Positions 9,753 to 19,963 of a stretch of 64,000 bases of DNA are shown piece by piece. How positions within the stretch are numbered: position 1 is the first letter of the stretch; each line of letters opens with the position of its first letter. Below the pieces are notes generated by a model. That model ran no database searches and was not told the origin of the DNA. It saw nothing but the letters and a program-made list of their open reading frames with translations. The stretch is taken from NCBI GenBank assembly GCA_934149405.1, contig CAKPEV010000001.1, positions 64,685-128,684 of the forward strand, given 5' to 3'. This DNA comes from an uncultured Clostridia bacterium. GTDB lineage: Bacteria > Bacillota > Clostridia > TANB77 > UBA1234. A program made the position numbers and the translations under genes.

Positions 9753-10481
9753 TTATTTTTTATCCGTCAATTTTAGCTTTTCTATATACTTTTTCAAATA
9801 TTCTTTAAGTGGTTCTCTTGTACTAAAAGCAAATAAGAATCTATATTTTTCTTTTGCATCTTCTGCAGATTTTCTAATATGATGTTTTAATTCTTCATAT
9901 TTGATTAGTACATTGTTCTCTTTTGCGAACTTTCTAATCTTGCTAACAACGTTGAAAGAATAGCATACGTCGACCATGAATATGCCAAAAAATGTGCCAA
10001 GTATAAATGAAAACTCTAAATTTTTAGAGAACCAGTCTAGTGCATTTATAATATATGGATGAATACAGAAATAATATATTGCTCCAAGTATTGCCCAAAT
10101 TATAGAAAATCTTAAACAGATTATTCCTTTGTAATTAAACTTCTCTTTTGAATAATCCCAAAGTTTTACTTTCATACCAACTATAAAGATTACTCCGGCA
10201 ATATATTCAATTAAAGTCATGCAAAATGCCATTGCTATAAATAAAACAATCTTATTCCAAATAGGATTTGCTATCAAATTATACTTTTCAAGTCCTGCAA
10301 GCAAATACAAAATGCAAAGTCCGAAACCATAAAGTGGCAAATATGGACCTGTTAGAAATCCTGGGTTTATCCACTTTCTATCTACATTTTGCTTATTAAA
10401 TCTCCTAAATAAAACTTCCATAATCCAACCAGCGGTACAACCAATAAAAAATAAAAAGAATAGTTTTAATATTTCGCTCAT
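9753..10481 (-). CDS. Polytopic membrane protein of the PF06541 (putative ABC-transporter type IV / DUF1113) family.
   Basis: FLFFIGCTAGWIMEVLFRRF...NPGFLTGPYLPLYGFG signature. Multiple TM helices. Confidence 0.6.
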   Translation of the reverse strand: MSEILKLFFLFFIGCTAGWIMEVLFRRFNKQNVDRKWINPGFLTGPYLPLYGFGLCILYLLAGLEKYNLIANPIWNKIVLFIAMAFCMTLIEYIAGVIFIVGMKVKLWDYSKEKFNYKGIICLRFSIIWAILGAIYYFCIHPYIINALDWFSKNLEFSFILGTFFGIFMVDVCYSFNVVSKIRKFAKENNVLIKYEELKHHIRKSAEDAKEKYRFLFAFSTREPLKEYLKKYIEKLKLTDKK

Positions 10482-10544
10482 AATCTGCTCCTTTTCTGCT
10501 TTTTAGGTAATTTTATCATATTTTATTAAATTTTCCAATATTGC

Positions 10545-10584
10545 AATAAAAAAATGACACTCTACTTTTAAATAGAGTGTCATT
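10545..10584 (-). terminator. Rho-independent terminator for SLH protein A. Stem atgacactcta/tagagtgtcat with a T-run on the minus strand.
   Basis: aaaaaaatgacactctacttttaaatagagtgtcatttt. Confidence 0.55.
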
Positions 10585-10608
10585 TTGATTTTATTAATTA
10601 TTTTCTTC

Positions 10609-13404
10609 TTATTGATTTTGATTGTCTCCACTTTGTGATGTAGGCTTTTTAGTATTCTTAAAATCTTCTAATGCAGTATCTAATTCATCCACTGCTGTTG
10701 ACAATTCATCAGATGTGACTTTGGCTTTATTCAAAACATTCTCAGCCTTAGTAATAGCAGTCTTCAAAGCTTTTATTCCTTCAGTTGTATACTCATCGGT
10801 CTTTTCCACTTCGATTTTAGCAACTTCGATTTTAGCGCTCAATTCTTTTTTCTTCTTTGTTACATTGCCTTTTTCTATTGTTACAGCATCATTTATTTCT
10901 TCTATTTTTGTTATTTTTTCTGCTCTAGTTGTTTCTGGCAAATTCAATGCCTTTGATACATCTGTAGCATTCTTGTAATCCTCTGCAGAAGTTTTAGCAC
11001 TCTTTAATACATCACTTATCTTATTTTTATTCATATCGTCTATAGCTTTTTCAAGATTTGCTCTAGCTGTTTTTATGTCAGATGCCTTACTCTTTTCTGT
11101 TAATTTATCCGCATTATTACGTGCTGTTTCAAATTTTGCGTACTCAGTATCGAAATAATCATCATTAGTTATCTTTGCAGCATCTTTTAATAAAATCAAC
11201 AACTCTGCATATTCTTTTTCAGAATTACCTTCTAAACCTGCAATTGCGTTATTTAAGTTCTTTGTAGCTTTTTGTATTTGCTCTATTGTTGCTGTTGTCG
11301 TATTTATAGCTTTTGCATCATCCCACATTGCTTTAAACAATTCATAAGAAGTTTCTGTATAATTTTCTTTAGCACCAACTTTTGATGCATCTGCTAAAGC
11401 AACTTTTAATTCTGCAATAGCTTTCTCCTTATCTGCATCCGCTGTTGTTTTTGTCAAACCTTTTAAAGCTGAACTCAATTTTGTTTTAGCTGAATCCAAG
11501 CTGCTCTTCGTCGCATTTGTTTTTGCAAGTAATGTGTTTGCTGAAGATAAAGCTGAATAAAATGTATTATACGTACTTGTTACATATGATGACTTATTCT
11601 TTACTGCATCTGTAACGTCTTTACTGTCTACTAATGCTCTTAGTGCAGCTTTTGATTTTGCAATTTCTTTTTCAGAAGTAGTTGTAGCTTTCTTCAAACC
11701 ATCATACGCACTCTTTAATGTATTATAAGCTTTCTTTACCTCTGTTGCATTCTTCCATTTTGTTGAGGAATTCTTTACTGTTTCAGCTTTATTAAGTGCA
11801 GACATTAAATTAGCATAAGTTGCTTGTGTGTATCTTTCTTCATTGACATCATAAGCATCATTCATCAAATCTTTAAGATCTGTTTGATACTTCTTCAAAC
11901 TAGCTGTGCTATCACCAGCATCATCAGCTCCATCAACGAAAACAATGATATATGTTGTTCCACCAAATTCGAATACTACTGCAGAGTCATCATCTTCAGA
12001 AATATCAGAATAAGACATTGACCTAAGTGTTGATTTATACACTTTAGCAATTTGACAAGATGAATCTAAATCAATTCTAGTTTTATCATCTAATGTTATT
12101 CTTGATTTAGAAACTGTTGCAACAACCTCTGAATCATCGATTGAAGCACTCTTTAAAATTATAACTTCATTATCCGAATTTAAATAATATAAAATTATAT
12201 CATCTTCATCTGGCATATCATCTTCATCTGCCATTGGATATGTTTTAGAAGATGATGTTTTATAATTAGCTACCTTTATTCCATCATTCTTTTTAGAGAT
12301 AGAAACATCAGATTCTGTAACAATTCCTAAATAAACTTGCTCTGGTGGAAATGCAACTATATATTCAACAGTTGAACCACTAAATACCAATATTGCCTCA
12401 ACAGCCTCATCTATGCTATCTACGCCATATAATAGTATACGACTGCTCTTTGGCAAATCATATCCTTTTGAGCTACCACCATCAATGTAAATCTTTGAAG
12501 ATGTAACTTTTTCTATAAATCCTTGCTTTGTTGTATTATTAGAAGTCTTTTCAGATTTTATAATTTTTTTAGTAGTGTTATTGTACAAAATATTATACTT
12601 TTGACCATACATCTTTGCCGCTTCGCCAGCATCCATAGTAACTGTTACTGTCTTATCGCCCTTTAATTTGATAGTCGCAGTTTCATAATCATCATCAAAA
12701 TTAATTGAATCGATTAACACATCAGAAAAATAAGTGAACTTTGTCATTTTTTTGTTTAACAATTTTTCGCCTTCTCCATAAATAACTCCTGATGAATTTT
12801 GTCCAACTGGAGATGCAACACCAGTTCTAAGCATATTCCAAAGCATAATTGCTACATTTCCTCTTTTAGCGCCATCATTTGAATTAACTGTACCTACTGA
12901 AGAGTATAGTGATAACTTTTTAGCTTGGTTAATATAATTATTTGGCCAAGACTCTTTGCTCTTTGAAACAACATCTTCATATTCCAAAGCTCTTAAAATC
13001 ATAGCTGTAGCCTCTGCATATGATACTGTATTATTAGGTCCAAAATTTCCATTTGGATATCCATTTATAACACCAAGTTCAGATGCCAAATTTACATACG
13101 CATATGCCCAATGACCTTTCATATCTTTAAACTTTGTAGTCTTATTTCCAGCCGCCGTAACTTTGCTTTCTTGACCTAGGGCCACAACCATAAGCTTTGC
13201 CATCTCAGCTCTAGTAACCGCCTTTTCCGGTCTATAAGTATTGTCTTCTGGGTATCCACTTACTACCCCAAGTGTAATAAGAGTATCTACGGAATCTTCA
13301 TATTTAGTATTTTTTATATCCTTAAGTGAAGTCGCCGCAAAAACCACACTGCTAACACACAAAATAACAATCGTACAAATTATAATCATTATTCTTTTTC
13401 TCAT
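10609..13404 (-). CDS. SLH-domain surface protein A. It has a signal peptide, three SLH domains, a beta-rich middle region and a K/A/T-rich coiled-coil C-terminal region. The start is trimmed to MRKRIMIII..., which follows an AAGGAGG RBS.
   Basis: SLH motifs (FKDMKGHWA..., ITLGVVSGYPEDNTYRPEKAVTRAEMAKLMV). It is a distant paralog of the 17181..19817 protein. Confidence 0.85.
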   Translation of the reverse strand: MRKRIMIIICTIVILCVSSVVFAATSLKDIKNTKYEDSVDTLITLGVVSGYPEDNTYRPEKAVTRAEMAKLMVVALGQESKVTAAGNKTTKFKDMKGHWAYAYVNLASELGVINGYPNGNFGPNNTVSYAEATAMILRALEYEDVVSKSKESWPNNYINQAKKLSLYSSVGTVNSNDGAKRGNVAIMLWNMLRTGVASPVGQNSSGVIYGEGEKLLNKKMTKFTYFSDVLIDSINFDDDYETATIKLKGDKTVTVTMDAGEAAKMYGQKYNILYNNTTKKIIKSEKTSNNTTKQGFIEKVTSSKIYIDGGSSKGYDLPKSSRILLYGVDSIDEAVEAILVFSGSTVEYIVAFPPEQVYLGIVTESDVSISKKNDGIKVANYKTSSSKTYPMADEDDMPDEDDIILYYLNSDNEVIILKSASIDDSEVVATVSKSRITLDDKTRIDLDSSCQIAKVYKSTLRSMSYSDISEDDDSAVVFEFGGTTYIIVFVDGADDAGDSTASLKKYQTDLKDLMNDAYDVNEERYTQATYANLMSALNKAETVKNSSTKWKNATEVKKAYNTLKSAYDGLKKATTTSEKEIAKSKAALRALVDSKDVTDAVKNKSSYVTSTYNTFYSALSSANTLLAKTNATKSSLDSAKTKLSSALKGLTKTTADADKEKAIAELKVALADASKVGAKENYTETSYELFKAMWDDAKAINTTTATIEQIQKATKNLNNAIAGLEGNSEKEYAELLILLKDAAKITNDDYFDTEYAKFETARNNADKLTEKSKASDIKTARANLEKAIDDMNKNKISDVLKSAKTSAEDYKNATDVSKALNLPETTRAEKITKIEEINDAVTIEKGNVTKKKKELSAKIEVAKIEVEKTDEYTTEGIKALKTAITKAENVLNKAKVTSDELSTAVDELDTALEDFKNTKKPTSQSGDNQNQ

Positions 13405-13545
13405 GTATTTTATCCTCCTTCTTATTTCCCTAGCAACATTATACATTAATGGAATTTTTAATACAACTATAAAGATTAAAATATTTTAAAAATTGTTATA
13501 TCTCAATTAATACAATTTTTCAAAAATACACATACAATACACAAA

Positions 13546-14580
13546 TCAACATTTAATCTTGTTTATTTCTTTGTTAATATCTTTTTGCAATCTATGTGTA
13601 TATGTTCTCTCCGTAAGGTCTTTTATCTTATGACCAATCACTATTTTTAGAACATATTCATCAACTTTACATCTTTTTGCAAGGGTTACAAAAGTGTGTC
13701 TCGTATCATGTGGCTTATGTTTCATTTTTAATGCTTTCATTATTTTTCTAAACCTATTTCTATAATCATCATAAGACATAATATCACCATTCTCTTTATT
13801 GCAAAGTCTCTCATTTTGTATGTTGTATAAACTAGATATAAGCGGGTAAATAGCGTCATGAATAGGTATAATTCTGTTTTTGCCGGCATCTGTTTTTAAT
13901 CCACCTTTCATTACTTTTTTCTTTAAATCTATATTCGAATTTTTTATTTCGACTAATTCCCTTGGCCTTAATCCTGTATAAATATTTATTAAAACCATGT
14001 TTACAAATGGCATATCAACATTCTTCCAGAGTTTTTCAATTTCTCTATCCGAAAATGGGACTCTTTCAAAAGTCTTAGATAAATGCGGAATTTCACAATA
14101 CGTAGCATAATTTTTGTCAACGATTTCATGTTTAATCGCATATCTATACATCATATTATATAAACTCTTCATTCTACTTTTAGTAGCACTTCCAACATCT
14201 GCATGATTTATCGAATTTTCTAAATCACAAACTCTTATATCTTTAAATTTGAGATTTAATAGTTTTTCACTGTGATTATAAGCTGCAATCCATGTTCTTC
14301 TCGAAGAAGGTACTATGTTTTCAAAATGTTCTTTGCTCCATAGCTCATAAAGTTCCGCAAAAGTAACATTTTGATTTTCAAGTTTATAAGGCGACTCATT
14401 AAAATTCGAAAGTGCAATTAATCCCTCCTCTTTAGTTTTAAAATACCCAATCGTTTTATAAGCCTGCACCTTTCCTCTTTCGTTACTCACTTTCCATCCT
14501 ATCGTAATTCTAACCCTGTATGGATTTCTTCTGTTTCCTGGCAATTTATGAACTGAGCCAAAACCATTTGGTAATCTCAT
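13546..14580 (-). CDS. Tyrosine-type site-specific recombinase (phage-integrase family). The start is trimmed to MRLPNGFGSV..., which follows a GGAAGGAGAGG RBS.
   Basis: C-terminal catalytic region HDTRHTFVTLAKR...IGHK...YTH (R...HxxR...Y). There are no phage, ICE or plasmid genes on either side. Confidence 0.85.
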   Translation of the reverse strand: MRLPNGFGSVHKLPGNRRNPYRVRITIGWKVSNERGKVQAYKTIGYFKTKEEGLIALSNFNESPYKLENQNVTFAELYELWSKEHFENIVPSSRRTWIAAYNHSEKLLNLKFKDIRVCDLENSINHADVGSATKSRMKSLYNMMYRYAIKHEIVDKNYATYCEIPHLSKTFERVPFSDREIEKLWKNVDMPFVNMVLINIYTGLRPRELVEIKNSNIDLKKKVMKGGLKTDAGKNRIIPIHDAIYPLISSLYNIQNERLCNKENGDIMSYDDYRNRFRKIMKALKMKHKPHDTRHTFVTLAKRCKVDEYVLKIVIGHKIKDLTERTYTHRLQKDINKEINKIKC

Positions 14581-14702
14581 ACTACCTCTCCTTCCATCTA
14601 AAATACACATAAATAAGTACCATATAATACACAAAGTATCAAATACCATTTAAAAAAAGCCTATATAATCATTATCTCCAGAAAAGCATAAAAAAATTCA
14701 GT

Positions 14703-14935
14703 TACATATGCAGAAGCTGTAACTATGGCAATCAGAGTTTTAGGCTATAAAACAGTAGTTGAAGCCAAAGGAACATGGCCAACAAATTATATAGCTAAAG
14801 CTCAAGAATTAAAAGTATTAAAAGACGTTAAATACAAAGCTTACAACGACGGTGCTGTAAGAGGAAACGTAGCATTATTAATCTGGAACATGTTAAGAAC
14901 TAACATGTGGGATGTAAATAGCGAAAGCGAAAAAG
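14703..14935. repeat. Copy 1 (in cassette B') of an inverted near-identical block. The 68-nt perfect core is at 14851..14918.
   Basis: Manual reverse-complement comparison with 19205..19440 gives about 93-95 percent identity overall. The identical core is ggtgctgtaagaggaaacgtagcattattaatctggaacatgttaagaactaacatgtgggatgtaaa. Confidence 0.7.
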
Positions 14936-17076
14936 ATGGTCTTAATTATTCAAAAGCTGGCACAATGATTAATAAGTATTTCGACGATTATACTTATGCA
15001 ACAGCTACATTTACAGGATTCAATATTACAGATGGAAAAGTTGAAATGGGAGTAACAGCTGAATATGAAGAAAATGGTAAGTTATTTAACCTTTTCAAAA
15101 AAGACCAATACGAATATGCTGGCAATGATTTCTACACATTTGTTTCAGGAGAAGAAGTTGAAGTACTTGTAAATGAAGAAGATGAAACATTGTTAACAAT
15201 AGTTTCAACAGGTGCTGATAAACTAGTTGATGGTTTGAAGAAGGATATCAATGATGATTACGATGAACTTAAAGATAATCAAAATGATTATGATTATGCT
15301 TACGCAATAATCAAAAATAAAAAAGTTAAAGAATCAACAAGATTAAAAGTTGTTTCTGATACATATATCAATGATGTTGATACTTCAAATAAGAAATATG
15401 TTAAATTTAATGAAACAAACTCATTAAAATTCGTATACGATGACGAAGAAGATAATATATACATTAAAGATGGTGAAAGAGTTACAGTAAAAGATATTAA
15501 AGTTGGTGATGTACTATCTAAAGTAGCAGTTCAAACAGAAAAAACAGATGAAATCATAGAAAAAGTACCAACATTTTATGTTGTTTCAAATTCAACAATT
15601 AAAGGTAAATTAACAAAAGTTGTACTAGATAAAGAAGAAAATGAAACTACAGCAACAATCGGTGGAAACGAATATACTGTTGATGGTTCAGCTGTATACT
15701 ATGAAGACCCAGAAGAAGATAATGATTATGATAACTTCACAGAAGGTAATTTCACAAGTGCCATGAAAGGTGAAGTTGTTGAAGCAAAATGTGACTTCTT
15801 AGGAAGAGTTGTTGCTGTGTTATTTGACGGTGAAATAAATGAAGGCGACGATGAAGAAGACATCAAAGTTGGTTTCTACGCAATTACAAGCGATGTTGAA
15901 GGTAGATATGAATTATCTTTAGAAAATGAAAAAGGAAAAGATACATATCAATTTGCAGATAACCATACTGGAAGACAATTACTAGATGAAGACTTGAAAG
16001 GTACATTCTCAATAGTATCATTTGATAAAGACAGTGATATAGAGGATTTAACAGATTACGCAAATGGAACTTTCCAATTAAAAGCTAATAAATCTGGCGA
16101 ATATGATGAAGTTTTCGAGAATTTACCAACTGAATTAGTATATGATAAGGATGGACATAAATACATTATTTCTAAGGATTTGAATGCAAGTTATGATAAA
16201 GACAATAAGTCAATAACAGTAGGAAACGAATCTGTAAAAGTAAATAGCGACACAGTTGTTGTTACATTAGTTTATGATGACAAAGGAACAAAAAGATTAA
16301 AAGATGATGAATGCAGAGTTGAATTCTCTGAAGGAACAAAAGCTATTGAAAAACTAAAAGGTGAACCAGCAGTAGTAATTACTGATGGAGCAAACAGATT
16401 TGCAAAAGCTAAATATGTTGTAATATTTGATGAAGTATCTAACAAAGAGGAAAATCTAGTTGGTATAATAGCAAATATTGAAAAGAATGAATTAGGTGAT
16501 TGGTACATTACTATCGCTGACACAAGAATTACAAGTGAAAAAGAATTAGCAAAAGCAAAGAAAGATGCTAGAGTATTAAAAGATGTATCAGATGCTCAAG
16601 CAAAGGATTACAGAGATAACTATCAAGTTGTTCTATATTCTTTAGAAGAGAACAAAGACGGTGAAGAAGAAGTTGTAATCGAAAGAGGAATTACAAATGA
16701 CGAGTTGAAAAATAGTGAAATAAACCATGCATATATTGCTAAGAGTGATGATTCTAAGAATAAGAATGTAAGCTCAGATGGTAGAGAAGCTGTTATAACT
16801 CTAAATGAAGATGCACCTCAAGAAATAAAAGCTTTATTAAACGGAGACAAATTAGATCTTGATGACGAAGATGTTGTTGATTTCTTTGAAGATTACAAAA
16901 TAGTCATCCTTGATGTTGAAACTGACACTGATGAAGATGAGACAGAAGACCAACGTTATGCTACTGGATACAAAGAAGTAGATTACTCAAAAGTAGAATT
17001 AAAGGAATTAGACAGAATTTCAATTGATTCTAATAATGACGTTGTTACAATAATCAGAGGTTTAGGAGAAAGATAA
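14725..17076 (+). CDS. 5'-truncated, promoterless paralog of the 17181..19817 SLH surface protein. It begins inside SLH domain 3 and lacks a signal peptide, SLH1-2 and an RBS. Candidate silent variation cassette.
   Basis: The first ~95 codons are near-identical to B residues ~166-260 (MAIRVLGYKTVVEAKGTWPTNYIAKAQELKVLKDVKYKAYNDGAVRGNVALLIWNMLRTNMWDVNSE...). The remainder is 45-70 percent identical with a different C-terminal tail. Homology to B stops about 25 nt upstream of the ATG, where a stop at 14689-14691 closes the frame. It is inverted relative to B. Confidence 0.6.
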   Translation: MAIRVLGYKTVVEAKGTWPTNYIAKAQELKVLKDVKYKAYNDGAVRGNVALLIWNMLRTNMWDVNSESEKDGLNYSKAGTMINKYFDDYTYATATFTGFNITDGKVEMGVTAEYEENGKLFNLFKKDQYEYAGNDFYTFVSGEEVEVLVNEEDETLLTIVSTGADKLVDGLKKDINDDYDELKDNQNDYDYAYAIIKNKKVKESTRLKVVSDTYINDVDTSNKKYVKFNETNSLKFVYDDEEDNIYIKDGERVTVKDIKVGDVLSKVAVQTEKTDEIIEKVPTFYVVSNSTIKGKLTKVVLDKEENETTATIGGNEYTVDGSAVYYEDPEEDNDYDNFTEGNFTSAMKGEVVEAKCDFLGRVVAVLFDGEINEGDDEEDIKVGFYAITSDVEGRYELSLENEKGKDTYQFADNHTGRQLLDEDLKGTFSIVSFDKDSDIEDLTDYANGTFQLKANKSGEYDEVFENLPTELVYDKDGHKYIISKDLNASYDKDNKSITVGNESVKVNSDTVVVTLVYDDKGTKRLKDDECRVEFSEGTKAIEKLKGEPAVVITDGANRFAKAKYVVIFDEVSNKEENLVGIIANIEKNELGDWYITIADTRITSEKELAKAKKDARVLKDVSDAQAKDYRDNYQVVLYSLEENKDGEEEVVIERGITNDELKNSEINHAYIAKSDDSKNKNVSSDGREAVITLNEDAPQEIKALLNGDKLDLDDEDVVDFFEDYKIVILDVETDTDEDETEDQRYATGYKEVDYSKVELKELDRISIDSNNDVVTIIRGLGER

Positions 17077-17116
17077 AATTTAACAACAAGAAATGAAACC
17101 TAGTTAAATGAATCGC

Positions 17117-17153
17117 AAAACCCCCGAGGCATACGCCCCGGGGGTCTCTTTTT
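17117..17153. terminator. GC-rich bidirectional rho-independent terminator between the convergent SLH genes.
   Basis: aaaacccccgaggcatacgccccgggggtctcttttttc. Confidence 0.7.
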
Positions 17154-17180
17154 TCAAAGATTTAATAATCTATTCAATTA

Positions 17181-19817
17181 TTATTTCTTGAAAGCTCCTC
17201 TGATTACAGCAAATACTTCGTTTGCTTCATCAACAGATATTCTATCGCCAACTTTAAATGTTATTGTGTTATATTCCTTAGTTGTGAATGAATCAACGTT
17301 ATATAATCCATCAACATCATCATCTTCAGAAACGTTAACTATAACAAATTCATAGTCTTCATATGTATCTTTGAATGATTGTTTTGCTGTGTTGATTTCT
17401 TTTTCTCCTTCAGTAGTCTCAACTATTGCTTTCTTACCACCGTTTGCAACTTCAGAAACATAACCATGTCCTTCAAATTGACGGTCACCAGAAGTTAATT
17501 GAGCCTCTGTTAAACCAGTAACAAGTGTGAATTCTAATTCTTTATCACTGTTTTCTTCTGTAGAGTACATTACTACAGCATATGTATTTAGTAAATCTCT
17601 ATAGTCTTCTGCTGTTGTATTAGCTGGAACTGGAACTATTAATTCATCTTCTTCGCCTTTTTCATCGATGACTGTAATTATTAAATCACCAATTTTATTG
17701 ATTTCAACAGTATCTACTTTACCGAATAGATTGTCTTCTTTGTTTGAAACTTCATCAAATAATACAACATATTTAGCTTCAGCAAATTTGTCGTCTGTAT
17801 CACTAATTACAAGAACTTTTTCTTCGTTCTTTAATTTCTTAATAGCTTTTGTTCCTTCTGAGAACTCTACTCTGTACTCATCATCAGTTGTCTTTGTTGT
17901 ACCCTTATCATCGAATATTAATGTAACAACTACAACATCTGCTGATACATCCATTCTGAATTCGCTAGATCCTGTGATTTCCATATCATCTTCGTCGAAT
18001 GTAGCATTTTGAACTCTTGTTACTTCTAAGTACTTACCATCTTTATATTCACCTGATGTGAATGCTGTATAATCTTCACTAGCATTAGCTACCAATCTCA
18101 ATTCTTCGATGTTTCCATCATTATCAAATCTAACGAATGCATATGTTCCTACGTAATCTGTATCATCAGCATACATATCTTTTGCTGCTTGTGTAGCTGC
18201 ACCTTTTGCAAATGTGTAATCATCTTTACCATTTTCATTTTCAAGACCTATTGTATATACTCTTGAAGATTCTTTTTCAACGTTAGCTGTTATTGCATAG
18301 AATCCAGCTGTGTAGTTGTCAGAATCATCTCCGATGTTTCCATCGAATTCAACTGCAACGATGTTTCCTAAGAAGTCAAGTTTTAATACAACTACTTCGT
18401 TCTTCATATCTGAATCCCAAGCACTTGCATCGAAATCTTTAGCCTCTTCATCTTCATCCTTAGGATCTTCTACATATGTAGCATTTTCAGCAACAACATA
18501 TTTCTTGTCACCAACTGTAGCTATTGTATAAGAACCAGCTTGTGTATTGTCATATTTTTCTTCAACTATCTTTGTTAATTTTCCTTTAGCTTCTGTGCAA
18601 GAAACAATATAGAATACTTCGTCACCATTTACAGTAACCTTAGAAACGATATCTCCTTCTTTGATATCTTTAATTGTTCCTCTTTCACCGTTTACGATTA
18701 CAACTTCATCTTCGTAAGTATCATATTTCCAAGCTTTATCATTTATTTTAACTGCTTTCTTAGAAGACTTATCTAAATCATAAACATATTCGCTTTCAAC
18801 TACTAATTTTGTAGCATCAGCGATCTTTTTTCTTTCGATTCTTGTGTAAGCATAATCATATGCATCACCAGAAATCTCATCATAGTCTTCGTCGATATCT
18901 TTCTTTAAGCCATCAACTAATTTGTCATTAGCTGTAGCAACCATCATTAATAATGTTTCATCATCTTCGTTTACAAGAACTTCAACTTCTGTTCCAGCAA
19001 CGAATGTATAGAAATCATTACCTTCATATTTGTATTGACAGTTCTTTTGTCCTAATTTGTCAGCTTTATCAGCCTCTGAATCGTCTAATGTTACTATTAC
19101 TTCACCATCAGCATTGATTGTGAAATCATCGAAATCTACAGTTGTATATGTGTAATCTTCGAAATATTTGTTAATCATTGTGCCAGATTTTGAATAGTTA
19201 AGACCATCTGTCTCATTCTCGCTGTTTACATCCCACATGTTAGTTCTTAACATGTTCCAGATTAATAATGCTACGTTTCCTCTTACAGCACCATCGTTGT
19301 AAGCTTTGTATTTAACGTCTTTTAATACTTTTAATTCTTGAGCTTTAGCTATGTAGTTTGTTGGCCATGTTCCTTTAGCTTCAACAACTGTCTTGTATCC
19401 TAAAACTCTGATTGCCATTGTAACAGCTTCTGCATATGTAACTGTTGCTTCTGGAGCGAATCTTCCATCTGGATATCCGTTAATGTAACCATATTGAGCA
19501 GCTACATTGATATATCCTGAAGCCCAATGATCTGCAGATACATCTGAAAAGTTTGTTGCACCTTTTGCAACGTTAGCAGCTGGCTCTAATCCAGCAGCTA
19601 CTACTAATAATTTAGCCATTTGTGCTCTTGTTACTATTGCATCTGGACGATATGTTCCATCTGGATAGCCTTCAACAACACCAAGCTCTACTAATGCACT
19701 AACTGCGGCTTCATAATCTGTTCCTTTGATATCTTCAATAGATGTTCCAGCAAATGCTGTTGTGAACATAGATAGAACCATTGAAAGTGCAAGTACTAAT
19801 GATACTATTTTCTTCAT
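17181..19817 (-). CDS. SLH-domain surface protein B. Full length, with a signal peptide, three SLH domains and a variable acidic beta-rich body. The start is trimmed to MKKIVSLVLAL..., which follows an AAGGAGG RBS.
   Basis: Signal peptide ...TTAFAGT. SLH motifs FSDVSADHWASGYINVAAQYGYINGYPDGRFAPEATVTYAEAVTMAIRVLGY. Confidence 0.85.
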   Translation of the reverse strand: MKKIVSLVLALSMVLSMFTTAFAGTSIEDIKGTDYEAAVSALVELGVVEGYPDGTYRPDAIVTRAQMAKLLVVAAGLEPAANVAKGATNFSDVSADHWASGYINVAAQYGYINGYPDGRFAPEATVTYAEAVTMAIRVLGYKTVVEAKGTWPTNYIAKAQELKVLKDVKYKAYNDGAVRGNVALLIWNMLRTNMWDVNSENETDGLNYSKSGTMINKYFEDYTYTTVDFDDFTINADGEVIVTLDDSEADKADKLGQKNCQYKYEGNDFYTFVAGTEVEVLVNEDDETLLMMVATANDKLVDGLKKDIDEDYDEISGDAYDYAYTRIERKKIADATKLVVESEYVYDLDKSSKKAVKINDKAWKYDTYEDEVVIVNGERGTIKDIKEGDIVSKVTVNGDEVFYIVSCTEAKGKLTKIVEEKYDNTQAGSYTIATVGDKKYVVAENATYVEDPKDEDEEAKDFDASAWDSDMKNEVVVLKLDFLGNIVAVEFDGNIGDDSDNYTAGFYAITANVEKESSRVYTIGLENENGKDDYTFAKGAATQAAKDMYADDTDYVGTYAFVRFDNDGNIEELRLVANASEDYTAFTSGEYKDGKYLEVTRVQNATFDEDDMEITGSSEFRMDVSADVVVVTLIFDDKGTTKTTDDEYRVEFSEGTKAIKKLKNEEKVLVISDTDDKFAEAKYVVLFDEVSNKEDNLFGKVDTVEINKIGDLIITVIDEKGEEDELIVPVPANTTAEDYRDLLNTYAVVMYSTEENSDKELEFTLVTGLTEAQLTSGDRQFEGHGYVSEVANGGKKAIVETTEGEKEINTAKQSFKDTYEDYEFVIVNVSEDDDVDGLYNVDSFTTKEYNTITFKVGDRISVDEANEVFAVIRGAFKK
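19205..19440. repeat. Copy 2 (in expressed gene B) of the inverted near-identical block. The core is at about 19223..19290.
   Basis: Reverse complement of copy 1. Confidence 0.7.
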
Positions 19818-19963
19818 TAGAAAATCCTCCTTGTAAATTTTTTGTTTTTCGAAAGAAAAGTTTTGTTTATTAGATTGCCCCCTTCTTTCATTTTCTGCTC
19901 TAAACAATCTAACATGTACCTATTGATTATGGAATTTCATGCCATTTCCTTAAGTACAATGTC

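Noticed and set aside
13546-14580. The integrase as the edge of a prophage / ICE / genomic island.
   Set aside because: There are no phage, conjugation or plasmid genes on either side. Flanking genes are SLH surface proteins. No direct att-like repeats or tRNA target is visible. The inversion-locus interpretation explains the truncated inverted paralog better.
16272-18012. ORFs 16272..16523 (-) and 17668..18012 (+) with similar translations.
   Set aside because: They are antisense shadow ORFs of the conserved 3' block shared by the two SLH paralogs, and not genes.
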